A stretch of 64,000 bases of DNA, taken from Octopus sinensis (Eukaryota). The translations under genes were made by a program, and so were the position numbers. Each line of letters begins with the position of its first letter. The stretch's first letter is position 1. Below are positions 52,085 through 64,000 of the stretch, one piece after another. Under the pieces are notes generated by a model. That model worked only from the letters and a program-made list of their open reading frames with translations, was not told where the DNA came from and ran no database searches. The stretch spans positions 143,840,001 to 143,904,000 of the forward strand of contig NC_042997.1 of assembly GCF_006345805.1 (NCBI RefSeq). The letters run 5' to 3'.

Positions 52085-52830
52085 CATATTGATTACCTCT
52101 CCATTTTACAGACGCCAGCTTAAAGTAGGCCAAAACACTGGCACCATCCTCACCACATTCTCCCGCCCTTCATGTATTGAGGTGGGGGCAATATCTCCCT
52201 CTCAATCTTCACCTTCCTTTGCAAATGGAACTTAAAATATCTATGAGGGTTTGGCCGAAAAGGAAAGCGTCTGTCTTCAGTCCTTTTTGCCTCGTCCATC
52301 ATACAACCTCTTTCGCCATCGCCACTAGGTAGCGGAAAAACTCTCTGCTCTTCCCGATCAAAAAAGAGGAAGCGAAGCAGCCTTCGCAATGGAGGTAGGC
52401 GCTGGTCGGATCCGTCCCACACCTAACTGCAGCTGTTCGATATAACTGACACAAGTTAGCAACGTTCGCTACTTCGTGGCATTTCAAGCAGGATTTTATT
52501 CTTCCTTAACTGACAATGCCCCTCGGCAGCTCTGCCAGGCCAGGGATTTCTGGAAATTTTCCATAAGCCTTGAACTGGAAAGTCCTCTGGTACAGACCAG
52601 AGGATTGATTCTTATCAACGTCTATAGATTCCCCGAGGACATCGTCGCTCTTACCCGCCACTAATCCCATATAGAACACCATGAAGAAGCTTCCAGCGAC
52701 CGCATTGCCCGGTCTGATTACTCTAGGCTCTACCTCGGGCTGCGCTTGATCCAGGACTGCAGTTCTATCATAAAGACGTGCTGTGGAAAGTGATTGTAAC
52801 AAACGGCGACCGCAGGTGCTCACCGTCGAG
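52085..52830 (-). pseudogene. Decayed 3' end of an L1/Tx1-type ORF2
   Basis: Shifted frames give MENFQKSLAWQSCRGALSV (zf-RVT-like region) and YFKFHLQRKVKIERE. Confidence 0.6.
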
Positions 52831-55138
52831 AAGCAATGATGATGTCAGCCTCAGTGTACATTTATACATCGTTAGCCACAGCATGCCTATCCCTCCACGC
52901 TTTCAACCATCCAATTTCTGTATAGATATCTTGTATTCTAAATCTAAACTCGTGCGTTTAATTTCCTGTCCTTAAAAGGAATTCTCTTAAATATTATTTA
53001 TCCTTTAATTTACGTTCTCATTTATTTCAACTTCTATGGTGATTCTTTCCTTTTCTATCTGTATTCATTTCACTCGCTAAGTTTCACCCGTTACATAAAA
53101 TCGATAAGTTTAGACTCAACATGTTGGGTGGTAGGTGATTGTATGAAATTATTGGGTGTACCATCGATTAATCTTATAGAGAATTAGTTATCTTAAGAAC
53201 GAGCGTAACATGCTTGACCACTAATCTTCGCAAAGTAGCCAGAATCAATTGGTGTGAAAGGAGGAGGAGAAAAGTAAATGAATAGGAGATTAGAGGAATG
53301 GAGACGAAAAGTTCAGTGTAGTTAATAGTTAATGAGACAGATGAGAAAACGCCTAGGATGAAGTGATATGGAAGTTTTTCGGTTTTGGGTTTGATATAAA
53401 GTTGAAGAAATAAATAAACTATAAGATGGTTTGGAGTTGTATTTTGGAAAAAATTACAAAAAAGATGGGTTTACAAGAAAATTAATCATTTATAAATTTA
53501 TACAGATTATAGATGTCTCCCTATGTTACAATAGGAACATAGCAAGGATGATAAAGGCAATGATTCGATGGTGAAGTCAGAATGAGATCGAAACATCTAC
53601 AAATTTTTTCGAACGTTGATCATTTATCAATATTGTGTATTTTCTGGAACAGAAGGTTTGTCTAGCTGCCTCTCTTAATGTAACTTACATGAAATACGTT
53701 AACACAAACTTAACTGTTGCTTTTCATGTGGATGGCATCTCTGAGTACATGTATTGTCTAAAGAAGTTTTGTTTTCTACGCCAACCGCTTACATTCTTGC
53801 GCATTGACTTAGCGATTCTTCCGTCACGACTTCAGGATGTACAGTGAATTCTATGCTTCGCTGATGACGTAACGAAGCTGGAACTTGTATGAAGTTGTCT
53901 CCCATGTTTGCTGAAATAATTAAAACAATCCCAGTCACTTACACTCGATAATAATCTTTTATGAGCTTTATAATGTTTCATACAGTAAATATGTTAAAAT
54001 TATCATAACGATTATCGCCGTCTCTATTATGTTCTCTCAATATATCATTATAGTATAGTCCACAAGTTTGAAATAAGAACTATTTATATCTCCAACAGAA
54101 ATCCAATACATTTGCTTTTTCAGTAAATCCCTTGTATATCAGCCAAAAACCTACCAGTATAGTTTCATTATTTTTCTGTTGAAATCTTAAATATATTCCT
54201 TTACAAAATATTTCCAGCTTGCCATTAAATTATACAGTATGCTTTCTGTTTTATCATTTCTATTTTGTTTTTATCTCGGTCAAATATAAGCTGAAACAGT
54301 GCAATTCCTTTGGGCTTTTAGTTTTTCCGAAGCTGCTATCAAAAAGAAAGTGAATTCATGCCATGTCTCACATAATGAACAGTTTCAACATGCCATTTTG
54401 TGTTATTTCTGTATTTGTATTATCTTTGCATTTATGTTAGAAATAGCTAACCAAAGAAATATCTGTTATTCCACAGATATCGAAAATATACCATTCTTTC
54501 TCGTGATAAATTGCTCGAATATTTTACATTTTCATTTCTTATATGTTCAATGTTGTTGCTTTCTGTGTAGCTGGTTGTTACTGGTGGCTGTGTGAAAATG
54601 CGTCCAGAATCGTTACGACAAAATTACTTGGATATCTATCAAACTGATAAATTTCGCTCTGGTTAGCATCACCATTAAAAGTCCAAATAAACGTTCAACG
54701 GGACTAAAAATATCTGACAGAAGCCAAAGTTTCATCATATAATGGATGAACTAAAACGTACAGATCTAATTAGTGGATGCCTATATAAAATATTATCTTC
54801 TGAATATGAAAATCGTTAGAGCTCCAGAAAAAATAACCCACCTTACAGTACTTAGTTGTCGATGTTTACGTTCTCATTTCAAATCTAAGATGAACTTTCA
54901 TATGTTTAAAGTCGATACAAATAAAGTATTAGCAAGTATTGTGATCGATTTAATCGAATATATCCTTGTGCTCATCTGAGGCCTTTAATCGAATATACCC
55001 TTGTGCTCATTGTCTCTCTGGTGGGCCATAATAATTTTAAATCATAATAGTCCGACGGAGAGACGGTTAGTTGCCAGTGTCGTTAGAGCATTGAAAAAAA
55101 CCCTTTCCGGTATCTGATTCATTATGCTTACGGTATCT

Positions 55139-55377
55139 AGGCGGCGAGCTGGCAGAAACGTTAGCACGCCGGGCGAAATGCTTAGCTGTATTTCGTCTGC
55201 CGTTGCGTTGTGAGTTCAAATTCCACCGAGGTCGACTTTGCCTTTCATCCTTTCGGGATCGATTAAATAAGTACCAGTTACGTAATGGGGTCGATGTAAT
55301 CGACTTAATACCTATGTCTGTCCTTGTTTGTCCCCTCTATGTTTAGCCCCTTGTGGGTAATAAAGAAATAGGTATCT
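55139..55377 (+). mobile_element. SINE of the AAAGAAATAGGTAT-tailed variant inserted in an older SINE
   Basis: Full head to tail. GGTATCT is present on both sides (55132-55138 and 55371-55377); an older head lies upstream and an older body downstream. Confidence 0.8.
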
Positions 55378-56374
55378 GATTCTGTTCTGATTCTTTATGT
55401 TCTAAGTCCAAATCACGCCGAGGTCAACTTTGCCTCTCATCCCTCCGAACCTAAAATAAAATACCAATTAAGTACTGGGGTCGAAAGCACTGGCTAACAA
55501 CCTTCCCTCAAAACTGTTGGCTGTGGGCATAAATCATAAACCCTTATCTTCCAACAAAATATAGGAAAAAGTTTAAAAAATCAAACTAAAAATTGAAGGA
55601 ATGAATATATCCGGGAATGTCTCTTTAGTATTTGTGTATATCGCGGTCGGAATTTCCCAGGGAGAGAATTGAATTATTCGTGAAATCATAAGAGTTCAGT
55701 TGATGCTTACTGGAGCATCGAGTTGTTCATATCTTGGCGCATTTATCTACATTGGCTGGCCGATATGCGCGTCAAGTGTCTTCAGCGAAGACAAAACGCT
55801 AGGTCAAGAACTAGATTGTTTATCTGCTATTCTATCTACTTAGATAAATCCGCTTTCTTAAAGAAAAAAATCAATCCATCCATAAATCCCATTAATCTAT
55901 AGGATCATTGGGATTACCCCTTTGTAATAATAATAAGTAGTGTTATATAAAACAAATGGGTCATAAGCGGTAGAGTGCACGTACGTGATATATTGAGTTG
56001 AAAAACATCGATGTAGAACGCTTTCTTGTATATCTACCTTCAGCCATATTGTTAATAGACAAACAACAAGATTATTGTAGGTTACGTGTCCCGAGAATCT
56101 TCGTGTTGTCATTTCTCTCACTTCAATTCAAATGTTCGGTCTATAAAACTATATATGAAAACGTTGGAAAGGAGGAGGTAATTGTCACGGTGAAATAACC
56201 CTCAGATCCTACAATTTCTACTGAGTTTATAACTGATTTCAGCTTTATCCGCCACAAGAACAAAGTCACAGAATGAATATTTAGAAACTGTACATGCATA
56301 CATAAATACATACATACATACGTACATACATACATACATACATACATACATACATACATACATACATACATACA

Positions 56375-56406
<32 letters not shown>

Positions 56407-56626
56407 GTATTTCCACGTGTGTACAGAGTTAGATGTACGACTGTTAATGGTGACTTTAGAGCCCCACTTAGATTATCATATCATTTGGATGTAGTCTGTT
56501 TCCAGTAAAGTACATCTAAATGCACAATGAACACCCACTGCAGAGGATGCAAACAGCCTCAATGGCGAAACATACGTAAGGAACAAATTGTATTAAATGC
56601 ATCTTGAGTTTGACATACTTTTTCAC

Positions 56627-56661
<35 letters not shown>

Positions 56662-56700
56662 ATATATATATATATACACACACACACACATATATATATC

Positions 56701-56751
56701 AGCTTCCTGATGATTTCTTTTGAATGAAACAGTTCTAGTCCTGTAGAAGCT
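56701..56751 (+). ncRNA. Type I hammerhead ribozyme motif in an island of about 60 bp between (TA)n tracts
   Basis: AGCUUC CUGAUGA U UUC UUUU GAA U GAAA CAG uucuaguc CUG UA GAAGCU: 6-bp stem I, 4-bp stem III, GUA cleavage triplet (cut after 56745). Confidence 0.8.
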
Positions 56752-56761
56752 CCTTCTATAT

Positions 56762-56831
<70 letters not shown>

Positions 56832-56847
56832 ATATATATATATATAA

Positions 56848-56883
<36 letters not shown>

Positions 56884-56909
56884 TGTATGTATGTATGTAT
56901 GTATGTATG

Positions 56910-56942
<33 letters not shown>

Positions 56943-57271
56943 CTCTATCTATCTATATATCTACCTACTTACCTACCTATATGTGTGTGTGTGTGTGTAT
57001 GTTTGTGTGTCAGTGTTTGTTCTCCCACCATCGCTTGACAACCGATATTGATTGCGTTTACGGCAAAAGAGACCGATAGAATAAGTGGTAAGCTTACAAA
57101 AAACAAGTACAGGAGTCGATTTGTTTGATTAAAAGTGGGGCTCCAACATGGCCGCAGTCAAATGAATGAAACAATTAAAATAATAAAATAATAAAATAAT
57201 ATATATATAGTAGAAATATGTTACGAAAAGAAAATATAAAATAGACGTGGAAATGTAAGGGTAAAATATGA

Positions 57272-57745
57272 AAAATCAACGAAAATGCATATTGCAGATA
57301 GAAAAAGGGTATTTATGACAGGTAGTGACAAATATATACATTTAGATTGACTGAGGTAGTAATACGAGTCATAAAGGTCATTATTATGAGATGATTATAA
57401 GATGATAATAATAATAAAGTAAGAGAATAAAACGAACCAAATGGTTTACGCGTAGGCTATTCATCATTTGATGAACTACTTACCTCCCTTACAAATAATC
57501 TTTTTTCTCAGGAACTATTAGACCTGACACCGTATATTAACCGGTGTTGTTCAAACGATGAATAGCCAACGCGTAAACCAATTGGTTCGTTTTATTCTCT
57601 TACTTTATTATTATTATCATCTTATAATCATCTTATAATAATGACCTTTATGACTCGTATTACTACCTCAGTCAATCTAAATGTATATATTTGTCACTAC
57701 TTGTCATAAATAGCCTTTTTCTATCTGCAATATGCATTTTCGTTG

Positions 57746-57750
<5 letters not shown>
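57272..57750. mobile_element. Fold-back/MITE-like element with near-identical inverted arms of about 200 bp and a spacer of about 79 bp
   Basis: 57272-57471 matches the reverse complement of 57551-57750 with few mismatches. Confidence 0.85.
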
Positions 57751-57787
<37 letters not shown>

Positions 57788-57789
<2 letters not shown>

Positions 57790-58764
57790 AGGTCTGATCA
57801 ATAAGTATCCGGACTGTTGCCTTAATAACGAAACTAAAGTACAGAGAGTGAAGCCGCTTGGCACAGATTGACTTTGTTGTGCATGCGCGCTAAGTTTTAG
57901 CGTTCTAGTTTTCTTCTGCTGTTTACTGGTTGGAAGGAAGGTGTTTAGCATGTGATCGTCGCATTGACCGTGGCAGAGAAACTTGTCATGGTGATACCTG
58001 CTCAGAAGCCTACGCAAAGTTGCAGAAAGTGTATGCAGAAGAGTGTATGATTCGCACACAAGTGTACAAGTGATTCAGACGTTTCCAAGATGACCAAAAC
58101 AATGTCGATATTGACGAACGTTCTGGGAGACTCGCTGATGTGCGTGCAACTGTGAGGGGAAATCGCCGAATCACCATCCGTAAGTTATCAGAGGATGTGT
58201 AGATTATTTACCATTTACACTCCATTATCATTGAAGATTTATTTGTATGTGTGTTATATATTTGCGTGTCTGTGTTTATACCCCCACCATCGTATCTGTG
58301 TTTGTAACCTCCTCCCTCCTGTAATTTAGCGGTTCGGTAAAAGAGACCGATAGCATAAGTAGTAGGCTAACGAAGAACAAGTGTCTGTCAAGTTTGCGCC
58401 AAAACTGCTTTCAGCTGACCAAAAAGACCCTGGGGTTTCATTTTCACAAGATCTTGATTGTATCGAGAACGATGAAAGCTTTCTGAAAACTTTGCGGAGG
58501 CCTCTGAGCAGGGAGCGCCAAGCTTTTGGCAAAATTTGATGCAGATTCTCCGCTCAGCTTTCTCTGTCATGGTCAATGCGAAGATCACACGCTACACACC
58601 TTTCTTCCAAGTACTGCCGTACACAGCGGAAGTGAGCTAGAACGTTGAAACTTAGTGCACCTGCACAACAGAGTTCAAGGTCAATCTGTGTTAAGCGGTT
58701 TTACTCTGCATGCTTTACCTTCGTTACTATGATAACAGTCCTGATACTGATTGATCAGACCACG
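57788..58764. mobile_element. Mariner derivative made of two inverted 5' ends
   Basis: TIR (C)AAGGTCTGATCAATAAGTATCCGG / (C)GTGGTCTGATCAATCAGTATCAGG. The + strand has transposase N-terminal remnants up to about 58495, and the - strand has a second 5' end (MTEKAERRICIKFCQKLG). A SINE piece lies at about 58245-58380. Confidence 0.8.
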
Positions 58765-58863
58765 TATATATATATATGTATGCACACATATAGATAGATA
58801 GGTGTATAGACACATACGTACACAAAGAGAAAGAGAGAGAGAGAGATAGAGAGAAAGAGAGAG

Positions 58864-58915
<52 letters not shown>

Positions 58916-59949
58916 AATTGGTTGGAACAAAATGGGTTGTACAGCAGTAATGGGCATAGTCAAACATAATACGAACGTGGTTTGTTTTCGTTATTTCAAT
59001 TGCGTTATACCTCTTAAAGTAGGATTAAAATGTTAGACAGTTCCACAAATTGTGGCAACATAATTAATCAATTCGAGACGCATAATGCAACTGGGATCAA
59101 TTTATTTCTCTTTCTAATTCATTGATGAGATACGCAGTAAGTCCCGGCGTTATAATATCTGTTTCTAATCAAGGCACGTAACTATTGCTGGCATTGTTCA
59201 ACCAGTCATAAATTTATGTCGTTGTTCATTCGATTGAAGTCAGGTAAGAACTACAAGATGTTTTCCTCAGCTTTTCCTATAGTAACCATCACATTCTGAT
59301 TTTTCCCCTTTAAAATTGCATTATTCAAGGCAGATTTAGCTGTTATTTCTAGCAGATCGAGCAGCCAGATAAGTTCCTTGGTTCCATCTACAAATAGATA
59401 CCATAGATAGCTCTCCACTGGGAGAAACAGTGTCACTCACTGTTTCCGTAGGCTGAAATGCCAAGCTCAATGATTTGGTTTGACTTCGATACACTAAATG
59501 GGATTTTGTTACTTCTACATTCGTGTTAAAATAGTCCCCAGTCCAATAGCTACACCATCAATAACTATGTCAGATTGTGAAATAATGGAAAATATAAGAG
59601 CAACCAACTTTAACTGTATGTTTAAGAAATAAGGGAAGCGCACATTACCTACGTAGTAACTGTGAGATTGGTATGCAGCAGACAATAACACTTGTGGGGC
59701 TCAGGAACGAAATTTGCTTAGTGGGGGCAAACCCAAATAAGGTCATGCTTAATTATTGATTTATTTATGTCCTTTGAGAAGAAACCTAATCCAAGTACTT
59801 CTTACAGATCACTTTTTATTCACTGTTTTCTGAACCTGAAAAAAGTAAGGGGTGCAAATTTTGATTTTGCACTTCACTAATCTTTTAGTTGGTGCAAACG
59901 CACCCCTGCACCCCCTATTTCCGGCCCTGAGTTACTATAATAGGAAACG

Positions 59950-60115
59950 TGAAGGCGCGTGGCCTAGTAGTTATGGTGTTGCTCTCAGGATCGCAAGATC
60001 ATGATTTCGATTCCCATACCGGCTGTGCATTGTGTTCTTGGTCAAATCACTTCATATCACGTTGATCCAGTCCCACTCAACTGTAAATGAGTAACCCTGC
60101 GGCGGGATGGCATCG
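59950..60115 (+). mobile_element. tRNA-derived SINE, diverged
   Basis: GGCGCGTGGCCTAGTAGTTA A-box region, TTTCGATTCCC B-box-like region, then CTCAACTGTAAATGAGTA. Confidence 0.7.
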
Positions 60116-60949
60116 TGTTCAAAGGAAATGTTTTGATCCAGGTCACTTATATGCCACGGAAACGTCTTATCAATTCTAAGACTCGAGGTTGTAATATAAA
60201 TAATAGAAAACAAAGCACCGACATCTCCTCAAACCAGATAGCTGCTCCGAATACTTGTAGCAGAGTAGAATCTGTTTAAAACACACCAGAGCCAGAAGGT
60301 TATAGTAAATCGAGTAATGAATTATATCTACTACCCTACAATCGGTTTAGTCTGATGTGCTTCTAAGTAGACTTGTTATCACAATTTCGCTCATAAGGGT
60401 TGAGTCCAGGGCCTGGTTCTCATCCATAGAGGTCCCAAGCACGAGTTATGACCCATACAGGTCCTAAGCACTTTCGTATATATTTAATTCAAAATATTAA
60501 CAATAATAAACCATAAAATAAATCATTATTTTTCAAAATGAAACAAAAACGAATTGATAAGCGTATTTTTGTATACTTCTACTTTATTCATATTTGAAAA
60601 CTTTTCTCTTTTTTTTTTAATTGCAAAGTCTTTCATCAGATCCTCCCTATAACACCATGAACACATCGAAATTATATTTCCGATCATATAAACCCCTTCA
60701 AATATTATTTCAGCATGTTTAAAGTAATTTCCTTTGTGTCGTAAGCCATTTACCCTTTCTGTAGTGCCCTACTTCACTTGATGCCCCAAGCACATGCTTA
60801 TTTTGTTTAATGGTTAATCCAGCTCTGATTGGATCAACGGAGGTCGCGGTAGAAAACATGTTGCGAAATACTGTGCTGTAAAATCGAATCGTGAAAGATA
60901 CAAATGTAAAATGACCTTTTTATAATAAGTCATACGGGTTTATAAGTCA

Positions 60950-60989
60950 TAATGAATCCTGTATGACACTGGTCATACAGGATTCATTA
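60950..60989. other. Perfect 18-bp hairpin with a 4-nt loop
   Basis: TAATGAATCCTGTATGAC ACTG GTCATACAGGATTCATTA. Confidence 0.9.
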
Positions 60990-62150
60990 AAGCATTCGCT
61001 AATTATCCACTCTCCTCTTTAGTACTTTACCTGTCCTGTGTATCATAAGTGACAATGGATTAACCATTAAGCAAAATATGTTCTTAGAGAATAAAGGAAT
61101 AGTGGGGGGGGGGGCTCAACATAAATGGTAAATAGTTTATGGCACAAAATAAATCATTTCAAACTTGCTAAAATAATGCTCGAAGTGGTTTATATGAACG
61201 GAAATATAATTTCGAAGTGTTCTTGGTGTCATATTGAGGATCTGATCAATTAGAAAAATAGGAGAAAACTTTTCAAATAAAAATGAAGTGGAAGTATGCA
61301 AACATAAACGCTATTTTCCATCTTACTGTTAGTTTTGCTTCATTTTGAAAAATAAGAACTTATTATATAGTTTATTACTGTTTATATTTTATATTTTAAA
61401 TTACATATATATGGGTGGGGGATACCAAATCTTTTATGGGTCATAATCCGGCTCTGCTCCGGACATATTTTCCTGGCGTCCTCGCATTATATATGGTACT
61501 CACTCCCAAATTGTTTTTCAACCATCAGAATAACTTGGGAATTATGAAAGAAAAGGTTTATATTACTGAGATGGGCTAACTAAGAGTTTGAAAATGAGCA
61601 TGGACGTTTAGGAAAAATCTGTGAAAATGCTTTGGATAGGTAAAGGGTTAACTAAATCCTGTAAACCTAATCAACTTTCGATAAGATAAACGAAGCTGCT
61701 TTCTCCATCACTGTTATATATACAGAGCGCAATGCATCGGTTTCTACCTTAGAGCAATGTAATTTTATAATTCCTGTGTGTATTTAGAAAATCGATTTAT
61801 AAGATGTGAAACATCTTATAAAAGTGAGAAAATTTTTCTCTTTAATTTCTTCAATGAAAATATAACGAACTGACATAAAGCGAACAATTACAAAATTTAC
61901 ATAATAGAATGAAAGATTTAGGTCTCTTATAACTAATTGCAAAACAGCTAGCCATTATTAACACGTATTTTAGTATTCATTGTTAATAGTCTGAGATTGA
62001 ATCAAATATGAAGGTCAAACAGTGCGTAGCTAAGGGTTTATTGAGTTGGATGTGATTTCAAAACGACTGATTTCACGTGACTGGATATAATATTTACGAT
62101 GAACTTTCAAGGTAGAAAGTGTGTCTACGTGTGTGAGAAAGAAAGAGTGA

Positions 62151-62218
<68 letters not shown>

Positions 62219-62607
62219 CGGGTGGGAGAGACGAGAAAGGTGACAGAGAATATTTTTATGACGTGAGAAACCAATATGATGCAAGCAAATAGTTCCGTAC
62301 AAGAGCAAATTGCAAATGATTTGCAGGAGTTCAAATAGCTGTACTGATAGTGTGCCAGCAAAAGAAGCACTGCTGGACCAATCAATTATTGATGACTGCT
62401 GTTCAAGGATCTTTTGCTTCTGGTGATCAAGTGATCAAGGAAATGATCGATATTATACCTGGGCGGTAGAGAATAGTAGCTGAGTGGCGCTGTTGATGAC
62501 GTCATTTGGAAGGTAGCTTATCAAATTAAGTGTCGGCAGCTTATGTTCAGTAACCCGAGATACATTAATTTCTCACATCGCACCCTAATGTTTGTGTGTG
62601 TGTGTGC

Positions 62608-62649
<42 letters not shown>

Positions 62650-62949
62650 CACATAAAATATGTTTGCGTGTGCCACTCTTTCTCTTTTTCTTTCTCAATA
62701 TATAGTGGATATGTGTGTATGTGTGTGCGTGTGTGTGTTACGTATAGGCGTAGGCATATATATATATATGCTTGAGAAGTTTACTTTGCAGCAACCAAAT
62801 GGTTGTTAGTTCGAACTCGCTGCGTAGCATGTTGCACAAAGGCATTCTACTACCTTCTGTTTTGAGGGTGAAATTTATTTTCGACGGAATCTGTACAGAA
62901 GATTGTCCTATTATGCATGTTTGAATGTATGTTCTTAATCTTTTCTTTC

Positions 62950-63180
62950 ACCTGTTTCAGACTGCGGCCATGTGGAGCAAAACTCTGAAGAACTTATTTA
63001 GTCGAACTAATCTGTCCCAAGACTTATTTTTTAAAGCCTGGTACTTATTCTATCGATTCCTTTTGCTGAAACGCTAGGTTACTGGGATGTAAATATACCG
63101 ATACCAGTCATCAAGCGATGGTAGGGACAAACGCAGACACAAAAACACGCACACGAATACACACACGCACGCACGCACGC

Positions 63181-63247
<67 letters not shown>

Positions 63248-63310
63248 TTATACGTGATAGACTTCTTCCAATTTCCGTCTACCAAATCCACTCAGAAAGA
63301 TTTGGTCGGC
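62950..63310 (-). mobile_element. CORE-like bipartite SINE, diverged
   Basis: Tail, body, (CA)n spacer and TTTCCGTCTACCAAATCCACTCA segment. Confidence 0.7.
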
Positions 63311-64000
63311 CTGAAAACTGGTTCACATTTTTCAAAAAATTTTATGTGTTGGTCCCCTTAGACATTTTTCGATGATTCACTGTATAAAATACAGGGTAAC
63401 TAACATGGAAAAAATGGCATACATTCGTGTACCGTAATTTCCAGACTATGAACTAGGATGAGGATAACGACGACGAGAGACATGCAGACATGCGGATTGC
63501 AATAGTGGTGTGGTGAATCACGTGAGCGTAGAATACCAACAGCACATGTACGATCCACAATTAGACCTGCATATTTTCCATCGGCTAATCACACCTGTTG
63601 TACAACGAGTGTGATTAGCAAATGGTGTAGGAGAGGTGTGGAGTTTTGAGATTAACGACAAAAAAGGATGATATCATGCAAAAAAATCAAAGTCTTGAAA
63701 ATTTTAAACTTAACTGTCTCTAGTCATCCGTTTTCACGATATTTCAGCGTCCCTTCGCAGTCTCTGTAGGGACTGTGGACCGCAGTTTGAGTACCACCCA
63801 GCATGTTGCAAACATTTTTTCCGACAAGATTAGTTCACTTATTCGTCTTAGGTAAACAATTTATAAATAATTCATATTAAAAATCTTAAGGGCTTACTTT
63901 AAAACATATTTCTATTTATCGCTCCAGAGTTTTCCCTAAGTTTCATCAACAAAAAATGCAATCAGTTATGTACAACAAATGAAAGGACTATGTCAATAAC

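Noticed and set aside
53855-53885. GCTTCG-CTGATGA-CGTAA-CGAAGC as a hammerhead
   Set aside because: It is a simple hairpin around the CUGAUGA word, with no GAAA, stem III or cleavage triplet.
59251-59436. 61-aa ORF as a possible exon
   Set aside because: No recognisable motif, no neighbouring exon support and no evident splice context.

Overview
AT-rich eukaryotic non-coding DNA, most likely from an octopus (inferred from recalled tRNA-derived SINE families and the very dense (TA)n/(CA)n/(TAA)n microsatellites; not provable from the window). No host protein-coding exon could be supported, and nearly all listed ORFs are microsatellite read-through. The window is a mosaic of SINEs (more than 30 copies or fragments), DNA transposons (a complete-ended 3.8-kb hAT, a Tc1 deletion derivative, five mariner copies or derivatives, MITEs) and non-LTR retroelement fragments (Penelope-like RT plus GIY-YIG, an R4/Dong-like 3' end, L1/Tx1-like ORF1 and ORF2 pieces). 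The most notable signal is a set of type I hammerhead ribozyme (HHR) motifs sitting in microsatellite-embedded repeats. Five lie in a 478-bp tandem array that folds back on itself (34496-36446). A diverged relative with compensatory stem changes lies at 20784-20851, an unrelated one at 56701-56751 and a degenerate one at 27098-27143. Together with several fold-back insertions in (TA)n tracts, this looks like a retrozyme/Penelope-type system that targets microsatellites. All structures were read by eye; none was computed or tested.
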